From: an uncultured Gemmatimonadaceae bacterium
GTDB lineage: Bacteria; Gemmatimonadota; Gemmatimonadetes; Gemmatimonadales; Gemmatimonadaceae
Assembly (NCBI GenBank): GCA_963740355.1
Contig: CAVUDW010000002.1
Location: forward strand, 192,001 to 256,000
Length of the DNA stretch: 64,000 nt
Reading direction: 5' to 3'
The notes under the pieces were generated by a model. That model was not told the DNA's origin. It made no database searches and was given only the letters and a program-made list of their open reading frames with translations. The position numbers were made by a program, and so were the translations under genes. Below are positions 8,806 through 16,972 of the stretch, one piece after another (positions within the stretch are counted from its first letter, which is position 1; each line of letters starts with the position of its first letter).

Positions 8806-10154
8806 GCCGCCACTCGCTGCATCATCAGGTGGTCATACCGCGCCTGCAACTGGCGCAACCGTGCCACCGAATCATCCATGCCGGTGCTTTCGCTGGGCGG
8901 CTGCCGAAGGAATGCCAGCAGCTGGTCGCGCAACGCCACGGCGGCATCCACCAACGGATCACTGCCCTTCTGGTAGGCGCCGACGAGGATCAGGTCTTCC
9001 TTCTCGCGCCACGATGCCTCGAGGCGCAGCAACAGGTTGGCGGCGTTGCGATGGGTATCGGTGATCAGCAGGTCGCGCACACGACTCTTCGAGTCGAGTA
9101 CGTCGATCGCGGGGAAGTGTCCCGATGCGGCCAGCTTGCGGGTCAGCACGATGTGCCCGTCGAGAATCGAGCGCGCGGCGTCAGCGATCGGCTCGTTGAA
9201 GTCGTCGCCGTCCACCAGCACGGTGTACACGCCGGTGATGCCTCCGACGCGCGCATTGCCGGCGCGTTCCAGCAGGCGCGGGAGCGCGGCGAACACTGAC
9301 GGCGGATAGCCCTTGGTTGTCGGCGGCTCACCAACGGCGAGGCCGATTTCGCGCCATGCCATCGCGACGCGCGTGATCGAGTCCACCATCAGCAGCACCT
9401 GCTTGCCCTGATCGCGGAAGTACTCGGCGATGGCAGTCGCCACGAGGGCACCGCGCGCGCGCACCAGCGCCGCCTGGTCGCCAGTGGCGACGATGATCAC
9501 GCTGCGCTTGAGCCCTTCCTCACCGAGCGAGTTCTCGATGAACTCGCGCACTTCACGACCACGCTCGCCGAGCAGCGCGATCACGTTCACGTCGGCCTGT
9601 GCCTGACGCGCCACCATGCCGAGCAGCGTGCTCTTGCCCACGCCGCTGCCGGAGAAGATGCCGATACGCTGACCGTGTCCGATGGTCAGCAGGCCGTCGA
9701 TCGCACGGACACCTGTGGCCATCGTGCTGCCGATCACTTCACGATGCAACGGATTGGGCGGCTCTGCCTGCAGCGGTGCGCGCTCTTCGACATCCAGCTT
9801 GCCCTTGTCGTCGATCGGATGACCGAGGCCATTGAGGATGCGACCGAGCAAGCCAGGACCGACGTCCACACCGAACGACCGGCCCAGTGCCACCACGCTG
9901 GCGCCTGGGGCAATGCCGTCCAGCTCACCGAGCGGCATCAGCAAGCAGCCGTTCTGGTGAAAGCCGACCACTTCGGCCAGCACGGAGCGCGCATCGTGAT
10001 TGTTGGTGATGCGCGCCAGCTCGCCGAGGCCCATCTCGAGGCCACTGACCTCGATGGCCAGTCCGACGATGCGTGCAACGCGACCAAACGTCTGCAGCCG
10101 CGGCATCTCGGAGATCCGGCGCGTCATTTCGCGCGCAACCATGGTCTCAGGCAT
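8802..10154 (-). CDS. fliI: Flagellum-specific ATPase FliI
   Basis: GQRIGIFSGSGVGKST Walker A, GERGRE, DSITR, GEPPTTKGYPPS. Confidence 0.97.
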   Translation of the reverse strand: MPETMVAREMTRRISEMPRLQTFGRVARIVGLAIEVSGLEMGLGELARITNNHDARSVLAEVVGFHQNGCLLMPLGELDGIAPGASVVALGRSFGVDVGPGLLGRILNGLGHPIDDKGKLDVEERAPLQAEPPNPLHREVIGSTMATGVRAIDGLLTIGHGQRIGIFSGSGVGKSTLLGMVARQAQADVNVIALLGERGREVREFIENSLGEEGLKRSVIIVATGDQAALVRARGALVATAIAEYFRDQGKQVLLMVDSITRVAMAWREIGLAVGEPPTTKGYPPSVFAALPRLLERAGNARVGGITGVYTVLVDGDDFNEPIADAARSILDGHIVLTRKLAASGHFPAIDVLDSKSRVRDLLITDTHRNAANLLLRLEASWREKEDLILVGAYQKGSDPLVDAAVALRDQLLAFLRQPPSESTGMDDSVARLRQLQARYDHLMMQRVAA

Positions 10155-10878
10155 TGGTGTGGGTCAGTCGGCGGTAGAGGCGCTCGAGCGCCGTATCCAC
10201 ACGCCCGTCCACGATCCGCTCGCGCCCTTCCACCACGCAGCCACCCTTCTCGATGCGGGCATCGCTCGTCCAGCGCACTTCGCGACCCTTGGTGATCGCG
10301 GTCGGCTCGTCGCCCGAGACACGCTCGGCCGACATGAGCGACTCGAGGTCACCTGGGTTCACTCGGATCGAGAGCGCCTGATCGAGCCCGAACTCCTGCA
10401 CGGCGCGGGACACGACATCCACCACGACGTCGGAGGAGATTGAGACTTCGCGGGTCAGCACCTGCTGCGCCACGCCGACGGAGATCGCCGCAATGTTCTC
10501 CTCGATGTTTGCCAACCAGCGCGCTTCGCCAGCGCGCAGGTCATCGAGTGCACTTTCGGCCGCCATCATCGCGCCGCGCAGGCGGGCGCGCTCGGCCTGC
10601 TCGCCCTGGTCGCGACCTTCCTGCACACCGCGCAGGTACGCGGCATCGAGTTCGGCCTGACGGGCCTGGATCAGCGCCGCTTCGGCCGCGACACGTGCGG
10701 CGGCTTCTGCGACTTCCTGTGGATCTTCGACTTCTTCCTCGAAGATCGACGCCACGCGTGGCGCGCTGGTTTCGACCAGCCGCGGCATCCAGGCGCGCGA
10801 GGCAGCGATCGGGGTGACGACACGCGGTGTGATGCGCGTGGCGCCAACCACTCCGAACAGCGGCTCAAATGAGGACAT
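10147..10878 (-). CDS. fliH: Flagellar assembly protein FliH
   Basis: AYLRGVQEGRDQG (GxxxG repeats), IRVNPGD, GGCVVE; GGAGG Shine-Dalgarno before ATG 10878. Confidence 0.9.
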   Translation of the reverse strand: MSSFEPLFGVVGATRITPRVVTPIAASRAWMPRLVETSAPRVASIFEEEVEDPQEVAEAAARVAAEAALIQARQAELDAAYLRGVQEGRDQGEQAERARLRGAMMAAESALDDLRAGEARWLANIEENIAAISVGVAQQVLTREVSISSDVVVDVVSRAVQEFGLDQALSIRVNPGDLESLMSAERVSGDEPTAITKGREVRWTSDARIEKGGCVVEGRERIVDGRVDTALERLYRRLTHTNA

Positions 10879-11905
10879 CGTCGCCTCCCTTGCCACCGAT
10901 CACGATCTCGCCCAACTCCTCGAGGCGACGGACCTGTGCCACGAATGCCGTCTGTGCCGCTTCGACATCCTTCATGCGCGCCGGGCCCATCATCTCCATC
11001 TCTTCCTGCAGCGCGGCCACCGCACGCTGCGACATGCAGCCGAGGATCTTCGCCTTGAGTTCCGGGCTGGCCGCCTTGAGGGCCAGTGCGAGACTCTTCG
11101 CTTCCACTTCACGCAGTACGCGCTGGATTGCCTTGTCGTCGAGCGAGGAGAGATCCTCGAACACGAACATGAGGTTCTTGATGACTTCGCAGAGCTCGGG
11201 ATCGCGCTCCTCGACGCCTTCCAGCAGCTCCTTCTCGAGTGCGCCGGAGATGAAGTTCATCACCTCGGCCACTGCCTTCGGACCACCGGATACCGTGCCT
11301 TCGGCCATGATCGACGAGGCTTCGGAGCCGATGTGCTTCTCGATCAGCATCAGCATCTCGGGCTGCACCTTCTCCATGCCCGCCATGCGATAGACCACTT
11401 CACCGCCCTTCGCCGCCGGAATCTCCTTCAGGATTGCTGCCGTGTGCTGCGGATCCAGGTGTGCGAGCACCAGCGCGATCGTCTGCGGATGTTCGTTGCG
11501 CAGCGTGTTGCCCAGCTGCTGCGGGTCGGCGCGGCGCAGGCGCGTGAGGCCAGCGGTGTCCGCCAGCTGCCCCTGCACACGACGCAGGATGCTGGAGGCC
11601 TTGGCCGGACCGAAGGCCTTTTCGAGCACTTCGCGGGCGTATTCCACGCCACCGTTCGACAACGAGCCGATCCCGATCGCCGACTCGATCCACTCCTCGA
11701 GCACCTGGTCGATGACGGGGCCAGCCACTTCATCCATGCGCGCGATCTCGAACGAGAGCATGTCCACCTCGTCGGTGGACAGTTTCTGCGTCACCTTCGC
11801 GGCGGCATCGGTGCCAAGTGCAAGGCACAACAACGCCGCCTTCTGGCGTCCGTTGAGCGACTCGAACGTGACTTCACGTGGCATACGTGCGACTGCGCTA
11901 GGCAT
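10865..11905 (-). CDS. fliG: Flagellar motor switch protein FliG
   Basis: GRQKAALL, GGVEYA, EHPQTIALVL, MFVFEDL; the likely start overlaps the end of fliF. Confidence 0.96.
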   Translation of the reverse strand: MPSAVARMPREVTFESLNGRQKAALLCLALGTDAAAKVTQKLSTDEVDMLSFEIARMDEVAGPVIDQVLEEWIESAIGIGSLSNGGVEYAREVLEKAFGPAKASSILRRVQGQLADTAGLTRLRRADPQQLGNTLRNEHPQTIALVLAHLDPQHTAAILKEIPAAKGGEVVYRMAGMEKVQPEMLMLIEKHIGSEASSIMAEGTVSGGPKAVAEVMNFISGALEKELLEGVEERDPELCEVIKNLMFVFEDLSSLDDKAIQRVLREVEAKSLALALKAASPELKAKILGCMSQRAVAALQEEMEMMGPARMKDVEAAQTAFVAQVRRLEELGEIVIGGKGGDDVLI

Positions 11906-13418
11906 TCCGCATCCAGTTGCGAAGGATCTTGGCTGACACGTCGGGATAGGCTTCGGCCGTCGCCACGACACGTTCCTTGAGCGGATTCACCGGCATCTGA
12001 AGCGCCTGATAGACGACCGGCGAATTCGCGTCTTCATCGCTGTTCGCTGAGAGCTGTCCCGCGGGCTGGCCAGCGGAGTTGAGAGCCGGCTGGCGTGCGG
12101 CGGCCAGTGCCATCGCGCGTGCATCAGCCGACTGCGCCTTCAGTGACTTCATCATGATCATCGCGATCAGCACGGCGAGGGCGAGGCCCACCAGGCCAAG
12201 CGCCGGGCGCTGGATCTGCTGAATCGTGCGCATCGCCTTCTCACCTGTGGTCTCGGCGGGGATGGCGGTGATGCCTTCGAACGGCGTGCTGACGACCTTC
12301 ACCAGGTCGCCGCGCGTCGAGTCGAAGCCGACCGCGTTGCGAACGAGCGCATTGATCTGGTCGAGTTCTGCCTGTGGACGCGTCGTGTTGACGCCCTTGG
12401 CATCGACGCGGTCCTTCACCAGCACCGCGACCGTAAGGCGCTTCACGACGCCGGTGGCCGACTTGACCGTTTCCACGGTGCGCGAGTTGTCGTAGCTGCT
12501 GGCGACGTTGGTCGAGCCTGCGCCACCGTCGGTGCCGGGCGTGATCTCGGCCTTCTGTTCGGTGCTCAGTGCCTGCTTCTCCGGATCGACGAGCTGTGAC
12601 ATGCGCTCGACCTGGTCGAAGCTGAGGTCAGCGGCCACAGTCACCGTTGCATTGCCGTTGCCCACGATCTGGTTCACCATCGCATTCGCCTTCTCGGCGA
12701 GATGGTCTTCCACGGCGCGCTGCTGCTCGAGCTGCGCACTGCTCAGTGATGCCGGGTCGTTTGCATCGAGCATGCGGGACAACAGGCGACCACCATCATC
12801 GAGCACGGCGACGCGCTGCGCTTCGAGGTTGTCGATGCTGCTGGCGACGAGCTGCGAGATGCCGCGCACCACATCGGCTTCCGGACGCTGCCCATTCCGC
12901 AGCTTGACGACGACGCTCGCCTCGGCGGGAGTATCACCCGAGCGGCGGAAGGCCTGCGTTTCCTTGATCGCGAGGTGCACCTGTGCACGCTCGATGCCCT
13001 TCATGGTGCTGATCGTGCGCTCCAGTTCACCCTCGAGTGCGCGACGATAGTTGATCTTCTGTGCGAAGTCGGTCATGCCCCAGCTGGGCTGATCGAACAG
13101 CTCCATGCCTGGGCGACCCTGTGACGGCAGGCCTGACGATGCGAGCACGACGCGGGCACGCGCGAGATCGGTGGTCGAGACCATGATGTCGGTACCGCCA
13201 CGCTCCAGCTTGTACACGACGCCAGCGGCATCGAGGGCATCGGTCATCTTGCCGACATTTTCCAGCGGCACGCCGGTGAACGCCGGCACCATGTCGGGCT
13301 GGGTGGCCCAGCGCGACACACCGAGGATCGCGACGAGGGCGACGACACCGACGCCCAGCATCGCGACGCGACGGGCGCCGCCAATCCGTTCGAACAACTG
13401 CTCGATTGCGGGAGGCAT
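11898..13418 (-). CDS. fliF: Flagellar MS-ring protein FliF
   Basis: GMELFD...GMTDFAQKINYRRALEGELERTI, AVGFDSTRGD, two TM segments, ILRNW C-terminus. Confidence 0.96.
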   Translation of the reverse strand: MPPAIEQLFERIGGARRVAMLGVGVVALVAILGVSRWATQPDMVPAFTGVPLENVGKMTDALDAAGVVYKLERGGTDIMVSTTDLARARVVLASSGLPSQGRPGMELFDQPSWGMTDFAQKINYRRALEGELERTISTMKGIERAQVHLAIKETQAFRRSGDTPAEASVVVKLRNGQRPEADVVRGISQLVASSIDNLEAQRVAVLDDGGRLLSRMLDANDPASLSSAQLEQQRAVEDHLAEKANAMVNQIVGNGNATVTVAADLSFDQVERMSQLVDPEKQALSTEQKAEITPGTDGGAGSTNVASSYDNSRTVETVKSATGVVKRLTVAVLVKDRVDAKGVNTTRPQAELDQINALVRNAVGFDSTRGDLVKVVSTPFEGITAIPAETTGEKAMRTIQQIQRPALGLVGLALAVLIAMIMMKSLKAQSADARAMALAAARQPALNSAGQPAGQLSANSDEDANSPVVYQALQMPVNPLKERVVATAEAYPDVSAKILRNWMRNA

Positions 13419-13423
13419 CGTGA

Positions 13424-13747
13424 TCAGTTCTGCATGGACATCACTGTCCGGTAGGCGTCAACGACCTTGTTGCGGAGCTCGATCATCGTGTCGAGCGCGA
13501 TGCCGGCTTCGCTGGCGGCAGCCATCACCTGGTGCAGCTCGACCTGTTCACCATTGAGGAAGCGACGCGTCGTCTCGCCGCTGACATCCTGCGCGGCACT
13601 GACTTCGTTCACGGCCTTGGTGAGCACATCGCCGAAGCCACCGCCTGGCTGTCCTTCCGGCAGCACGGGAACGGAGCGGCCACCTTCACCCGGCAAGCCG
13701 AAGTCGGCGACGCGTTGTGCAAAGGCACCGAATCGATCAATCGTCAT
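13424..13747 (-). CDS. fliE: Hook-basal body protein FliE
   Basis: LHQVMAA...ELRNKVVDAYRTVMSMQ. Confidence 0.93.
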   Translation of the reverse strand: MTIDRFGAFAQRVADFGLPGEGGRSVPVLPEGQPGGGFGDVLTKAVNEVSAAQDVSGETTRRFLNGEQVELHQVMAAASEAGIALDTMIELRNKVVDAYRTVMSMQN

Positions 13748-13752
13748 GTGAA

Positions 13753-14061
13753 TCAGCCTCGAACATCGAGATGAGCACCGCGCATGCCGATCGGTGCGGC
13801 AGCGGGAGCATCGGCCGTCATCATGCGACGGCCGTACGTCAGCGGACCGAGTGCGGCGCGACGCGCCAGCAACCGGGTCGTGTCTTCGGAGGTGCGGGCA
13901 GACAGGGCACGCTGCTCGTCGTTGGTGGACGCATCGGCCGCCGTGTTGGGCTGCTGCGCGGGCTCATCACCACGAACCGTTGCGCCATCGTTGCGGCGGA
14001 ACAGGTCGGGGAGAGCACCGGCGAGTGCCGGCAACTGTGCGGTGAGCGGCGAGACAGACAT
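13753..14061 (-). CDS. Hypothetical protein between flgC and fliE
   Basis: Fills the gap exactly (2 bp after the flgC stop, 5 bp before fliE) on the same strand; ends RGAHLDVRG. Confidence 0.7.
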   Translation of the reverse strand: MSVSPLTAQLPALAGALPDLFRRNDGATVRGDEPAQQPNTAADASTNDEQRALSARTSEDTTRLLARRAALGPLTYGRRMMTADAPAAAPIGMRGAHLDVRG

Positions 14062-14063
14062 GA

Positions 14064-14624
14064 TCAGAGCTCCAGCGACTTGCGGAGGAGCGCTTTCGCC
14101 GACTGGAAGACGGTGGCGTTGGCTTCGAACACGCGGCGCGCATCGAGCAGGTCGACGAGTTCGTCGGTGCGGCTGACGTTCGACAGCGTCACGTAACCTT
14201 CGGCATCCGCATCGGGATGCCCGGGCATGTGGACGCGTGCGCCAGGCGTGGTGTCTTCCTGGATGCTTTCGACCGTGACGCCGTAGCTCGGGTCGTCGAC
14301 CTGCTTCGGCGATGATGACGCAGCGCCAGCGGGCACATCGAACTGCGAGGTGCCGAACGGCGCCGAGGTGAACGGCAGCTGGTTCGGGAAGCGGAAGCTG
14401 GCTTCTTGTTCACCCTTCGTGGCGGTGCCCAACTGCACGATGCGACGGTTGTATGCCTTGCCGTCAGCGCCACGCGTGACATCGGCATTGGCGAGGTTGC
14501 TGGCGGCGACTTCGATGCGCGTGCGCTGCGCCGACATGCCGCTGGCGGCGATGCCCAGCGCGCGGAACATCGGGCGAATCGCTGGTCCGCCGACGAAGGG
14601 CAGAAGTCCGGGAAGCTTTGGCAT
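14064..14624 (-). CDS. flgC: Basal-body rod protein FlgC
   Basis: IAASGMSAQRTRIEVAASNLANA, PGHPDADAEGYV, FEANATV. Confidence 0.95.
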   Translation of the reverse strand: MPKLPGLLPFVGGPAIRPMFRALGIAASGMSAQRTRIEVAASNLANADVTRGADGKAYNRRIVQLGTATKGEQEASFRFPNQLPFTSAPFGTSQFDVPAGAASSSPKQVDDPSYGVTVESIQEDTTPGARVHMPGHPDADAEGYVTLSNVSRTDELVDLLDARRVFEANATVFQSAKALLRKSLEL

Positions 14625-14629
14625 CGGCT

Positions 14630-14935
14630 TCAGCGATCCTGCAGCGCGCGGCGGATCGAGTCGTAGGTGCCCTTGAGGCGCGTGGCCGCGGTCTCGAAGT
14701 ACATCTGCTCGTTGGCTAGGGCGGCCATTTCCTGTTCGGTGTCAACCGGTCCGCGCTCACCCGAGACAGCGCTGGCGGCGGTCTTGCCGGCCGGCAGGGC
14801 AAAGCCGTCCTTGTTCACCATTGTGGCGTTCGCCACGCGATCGGCGATCTGACGATGCCGAATCGCACTCTGGTCGAGAGCGTCTCGCAGTGAGCCGGCC
14901 GACGAGACCCGATTGATGAAGTTGAAGAGCGCCAT
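14630..14935 (-). CDS. flgB: Basal-body rod protein FlgB (short, divergent)
   Basis: RHRQIADRVANA and VDTEQEMAALANEQMYF; first gene before flgC. Confidence 0.8.
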   Translation of the reverse strand: MALFNFINRVSSAGSLRDALDQSAIRHRQIADRVANATMVNKDGFALPAGKTAASAVSGERGPVDTEQEMAALANEQMYFETAATRLKGTYDSIRRALQDR

Positions 14936-14979
14936 GATCCGGAACCGAGGTGAGAGGACACGCGTCGGGGTCATGGAAA

Positions 14980-14996
14980 AGCACGGCCGGTGCCAG
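14980..14996 (-). promoter_or_regulatory. Putative sigma54 promoter of the flgB operon
   Basis: Minus strand CTGGCACCGGCCGTGCT, close to the TGGCAC-N5-TTGC consensus. Confidence 0.75.
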
Positions 14997-15033
14997 CTGA
15001 GGACGGAGCGTAGATTTTGTCACGCTGATCCGT

Positions 15034-15061
15034 GCAACTCGTTGTTTCGTATTGGTTTACG
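15034..15061. promoter_or_regulatory. IHF-like dyad upstream of the flgB sigma54 promoter
   Basis: Minus strand AAACAACGAGTTG is one mismatch from WATCAANNNNTTR and lies in an AT-rich patch. Confidence 0.55.
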
Positions 15062-15127
15062 TTATTTTATGAGGTCGTTCGCTCCGACCGCCCGGCACTC
15101 CATCAGGTGCGGCAGAGCTGGCTGGTG

Positions 15128-15166
15128 CGGCAAGTTGTGCCGCTGTCGGTGTGGCGACTCTTGCCG
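15128..15166. promoter_or_regulatory. Putative enhancer (UAS) pair for a sigma54 activator
   Basis: CGGCAAGTTGTGCCG followed by CTTGCCG ending 24 bp later; matches 2884-2922. Confidence 0.6.
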
Positions 15167-15381
15167 CCTGCCGGTCGTCATGGGACCGTCGTGGGAATGG
15201 AACGTGTCCCTGACGTTGTGGTTGTAGATGTGGTTGTACGTCAGCGATGCACAGGCGGTAGTTTCGCCGGTGCGTGACGGGGCGCAGCGGCGAGAGTCCT
15301 TCGCAGTGCAGTGCGACCCGCGCCGCTTCAGCAGTCTCCACCCACTCGTGAAACGCCTGCTCGCGCGCAGGAATGCAGAAC

Positions 15382-16749
15382 ATGGCTACTGAGATTTTGT
15401 CGCAGACCGACCTGTTGACGCCGATGGATCCCCGCGTCGCTGCCGTGGTCGCCCAGCTGAGTGACCGTCCTGAACTGGCAAGCGTGGTCGAGCAGCTGCT
15501 GAAGATGGACGGGCCTGCCCTGGCCCGAGCGAAACGATCGATTGCCAAGGCGAAGGTGGCGGCCCCGGCCGCACCTGAGATCGACATCGACTTCCTGCAC
15601 CTGCTGAAAGACCTGCCGCGCGATGTGGAGTCGGCCAGGTTGCGGGCGCGCGAGTTCATGGAGCGCGAAGTCGAGCCGATCGCGAACGCCTACTGGGAGC
15701 GGGCGGAGTTCCCGCACCACCTGATTCCGGAATTCGCCGCGCTCGACCTGTTGGCCTCGATCTTCCCCGAAGCACCCGATGGATCAGTCCGCCACGACTC
15801 GGTGGCGGAAGGGATCCTGACGATGGAGCTGGCGCGGGTAGACTGCTCGTTCGCGACCTTCCTTGGCGTGCACGCGGGACTGGCCTTTGGGTCAATCCTG
15901 CTCTGCGGCTCGAAGGAGCAGCAGGAGGAGTGGCTGCCTCGGATGCGGAAGTGGGAGATCCTGGGAGCTTTCGGGCTCACTGAGCCCGATGTGGGATCAG
16001 GGGTTGCTGGCGGTATAACGACAACTTGCCGGCGCGATGGTGATACATGGATCATCGACGGCGAGAAGCGTTGGATCGGAAATTCGACGTTCGGCGACAT
16101 CGTCGTGGTCTGGGCGCGCGACGTGGCTGACCAACAGGTCAAGGGCTTCATCGTCGAAACGTCCCTGCCTGGCTACTCGGCCAGAAAGATGGAAGGCAAG
16201 ATCGCCCAGCGGACTCTGCAGAACGGGCACATTACGCTCGACCATGTGCGGGTCAGTGAGCGCAATCGCCTCCAACGCGCCCACGGCTTCAAGGACGTGG
16301 CACGGGTGCTGGGCATGACGCGCGTCGGGGTGGCATGGATCGCCGTGGGCTGCGCGGCCGGCGCTTACGAGCGCGCCCTCGCCTACACGCAGCGCCGGAC
16401 GCAGTTCGGCCGCCCGCTGGGCAGCTTCCAGCTGATCCAGTCGATGCTGGCCAAGATGGTGAGCAAGCTGGCCTCGATGCAGGCGCTGGCCCTGCAGGTC
16501 AGCCGGCTCCAGAACGCCGGCACCTGCGAAGAGCACCACTCCGCCCTCGCCAAGCAGTTCTGTGCTGCCCAGTGTCGCGAGGTCGTCGCGCTGGCCCGCG
16601 AATCGATGGGAGGCAATGGCATCCTCCTCGACCACTCCGTCGCCCGCTTCTTCGCGGATGCTGAAGCCATTTACTCCTACGAAGGCTCGAACGAGATCAA
16701 CACCCTGATCATCGGCCGAGCCCTGACCGGCCACGGGGCGTTCGTCTAA
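15382..16749 (+). CDS. Acyl-CoA dehydrogenase (glutaryl-CoA dehydrogenase-like group)
   Basis: GAFGLTEPDVGS, GEKRWIGN, RTQFGRPLGSFQLIQ, GGNG, YSYEGSNEI. Confidence 0.92.
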   Translation: MATEILSQTDLLTPMDPRVAAVVAQLSDRPELASVVEQLLKMDGPALARAKRSIAKAKVAAPAAPEIDIDFLHLLKDLPRDVESARLRAREFMEREVEPIANAYWERAEFPHHLIPEFAALDLLASIFPEAPDGSVRHDSVAEGILTMELARVDCSFATFLGVHAGLAFGSILLCGSKEQQEEWLPRMRKWEILGAFGLTEPDVGSGVAGGITTTCRRDGDTWIIDGEKRWIGNSTFGDIVVVWARDVADQQVKGFIVETSLPGYSARKMEGKIAQRTLQNGHITLDHVRVSERNRLQRAHGFKDVARVLGMTRVGVAWIAVGCAAGAYERALAYTQRRTQFGRPLGSFQLIQSMLAKMVSKLASMQALALQVSRLQNAGTCEEHHSALAKQFCAAQCREVVALARESMGGNGILLDHSVARFFADAEAIYSYEGSNEINTLIIGRALTGHGAFV

Positions 16750-16972
16750 CCTGAGAACGTGGTGCCGGATTTCTGCTGCATGCCGTTCCGGCTCCTCGAT
16801 CCATACGGTTGAACACGCGGAGCTGCGTGAGGAAGTGTGGACGGTCAGGCGACGGACACTGCCGAACGGGGCTCCCTGGCGGTCCCGACGGCCCGGAAGC
16901 TGCTACAGATTGGAGGACGCGGCGCGCGTCCCGACGAGGGGAGGCGCGCACTGCCTCGAGTTAAGCCCTGCC

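Noticed and set aside
15210..15244. TGTGGTTGTA direct repeat flanked by CTGACGT/ACGTCAG
   Set aside because: Only two short copies and no second occurrence, so no function can be supported.
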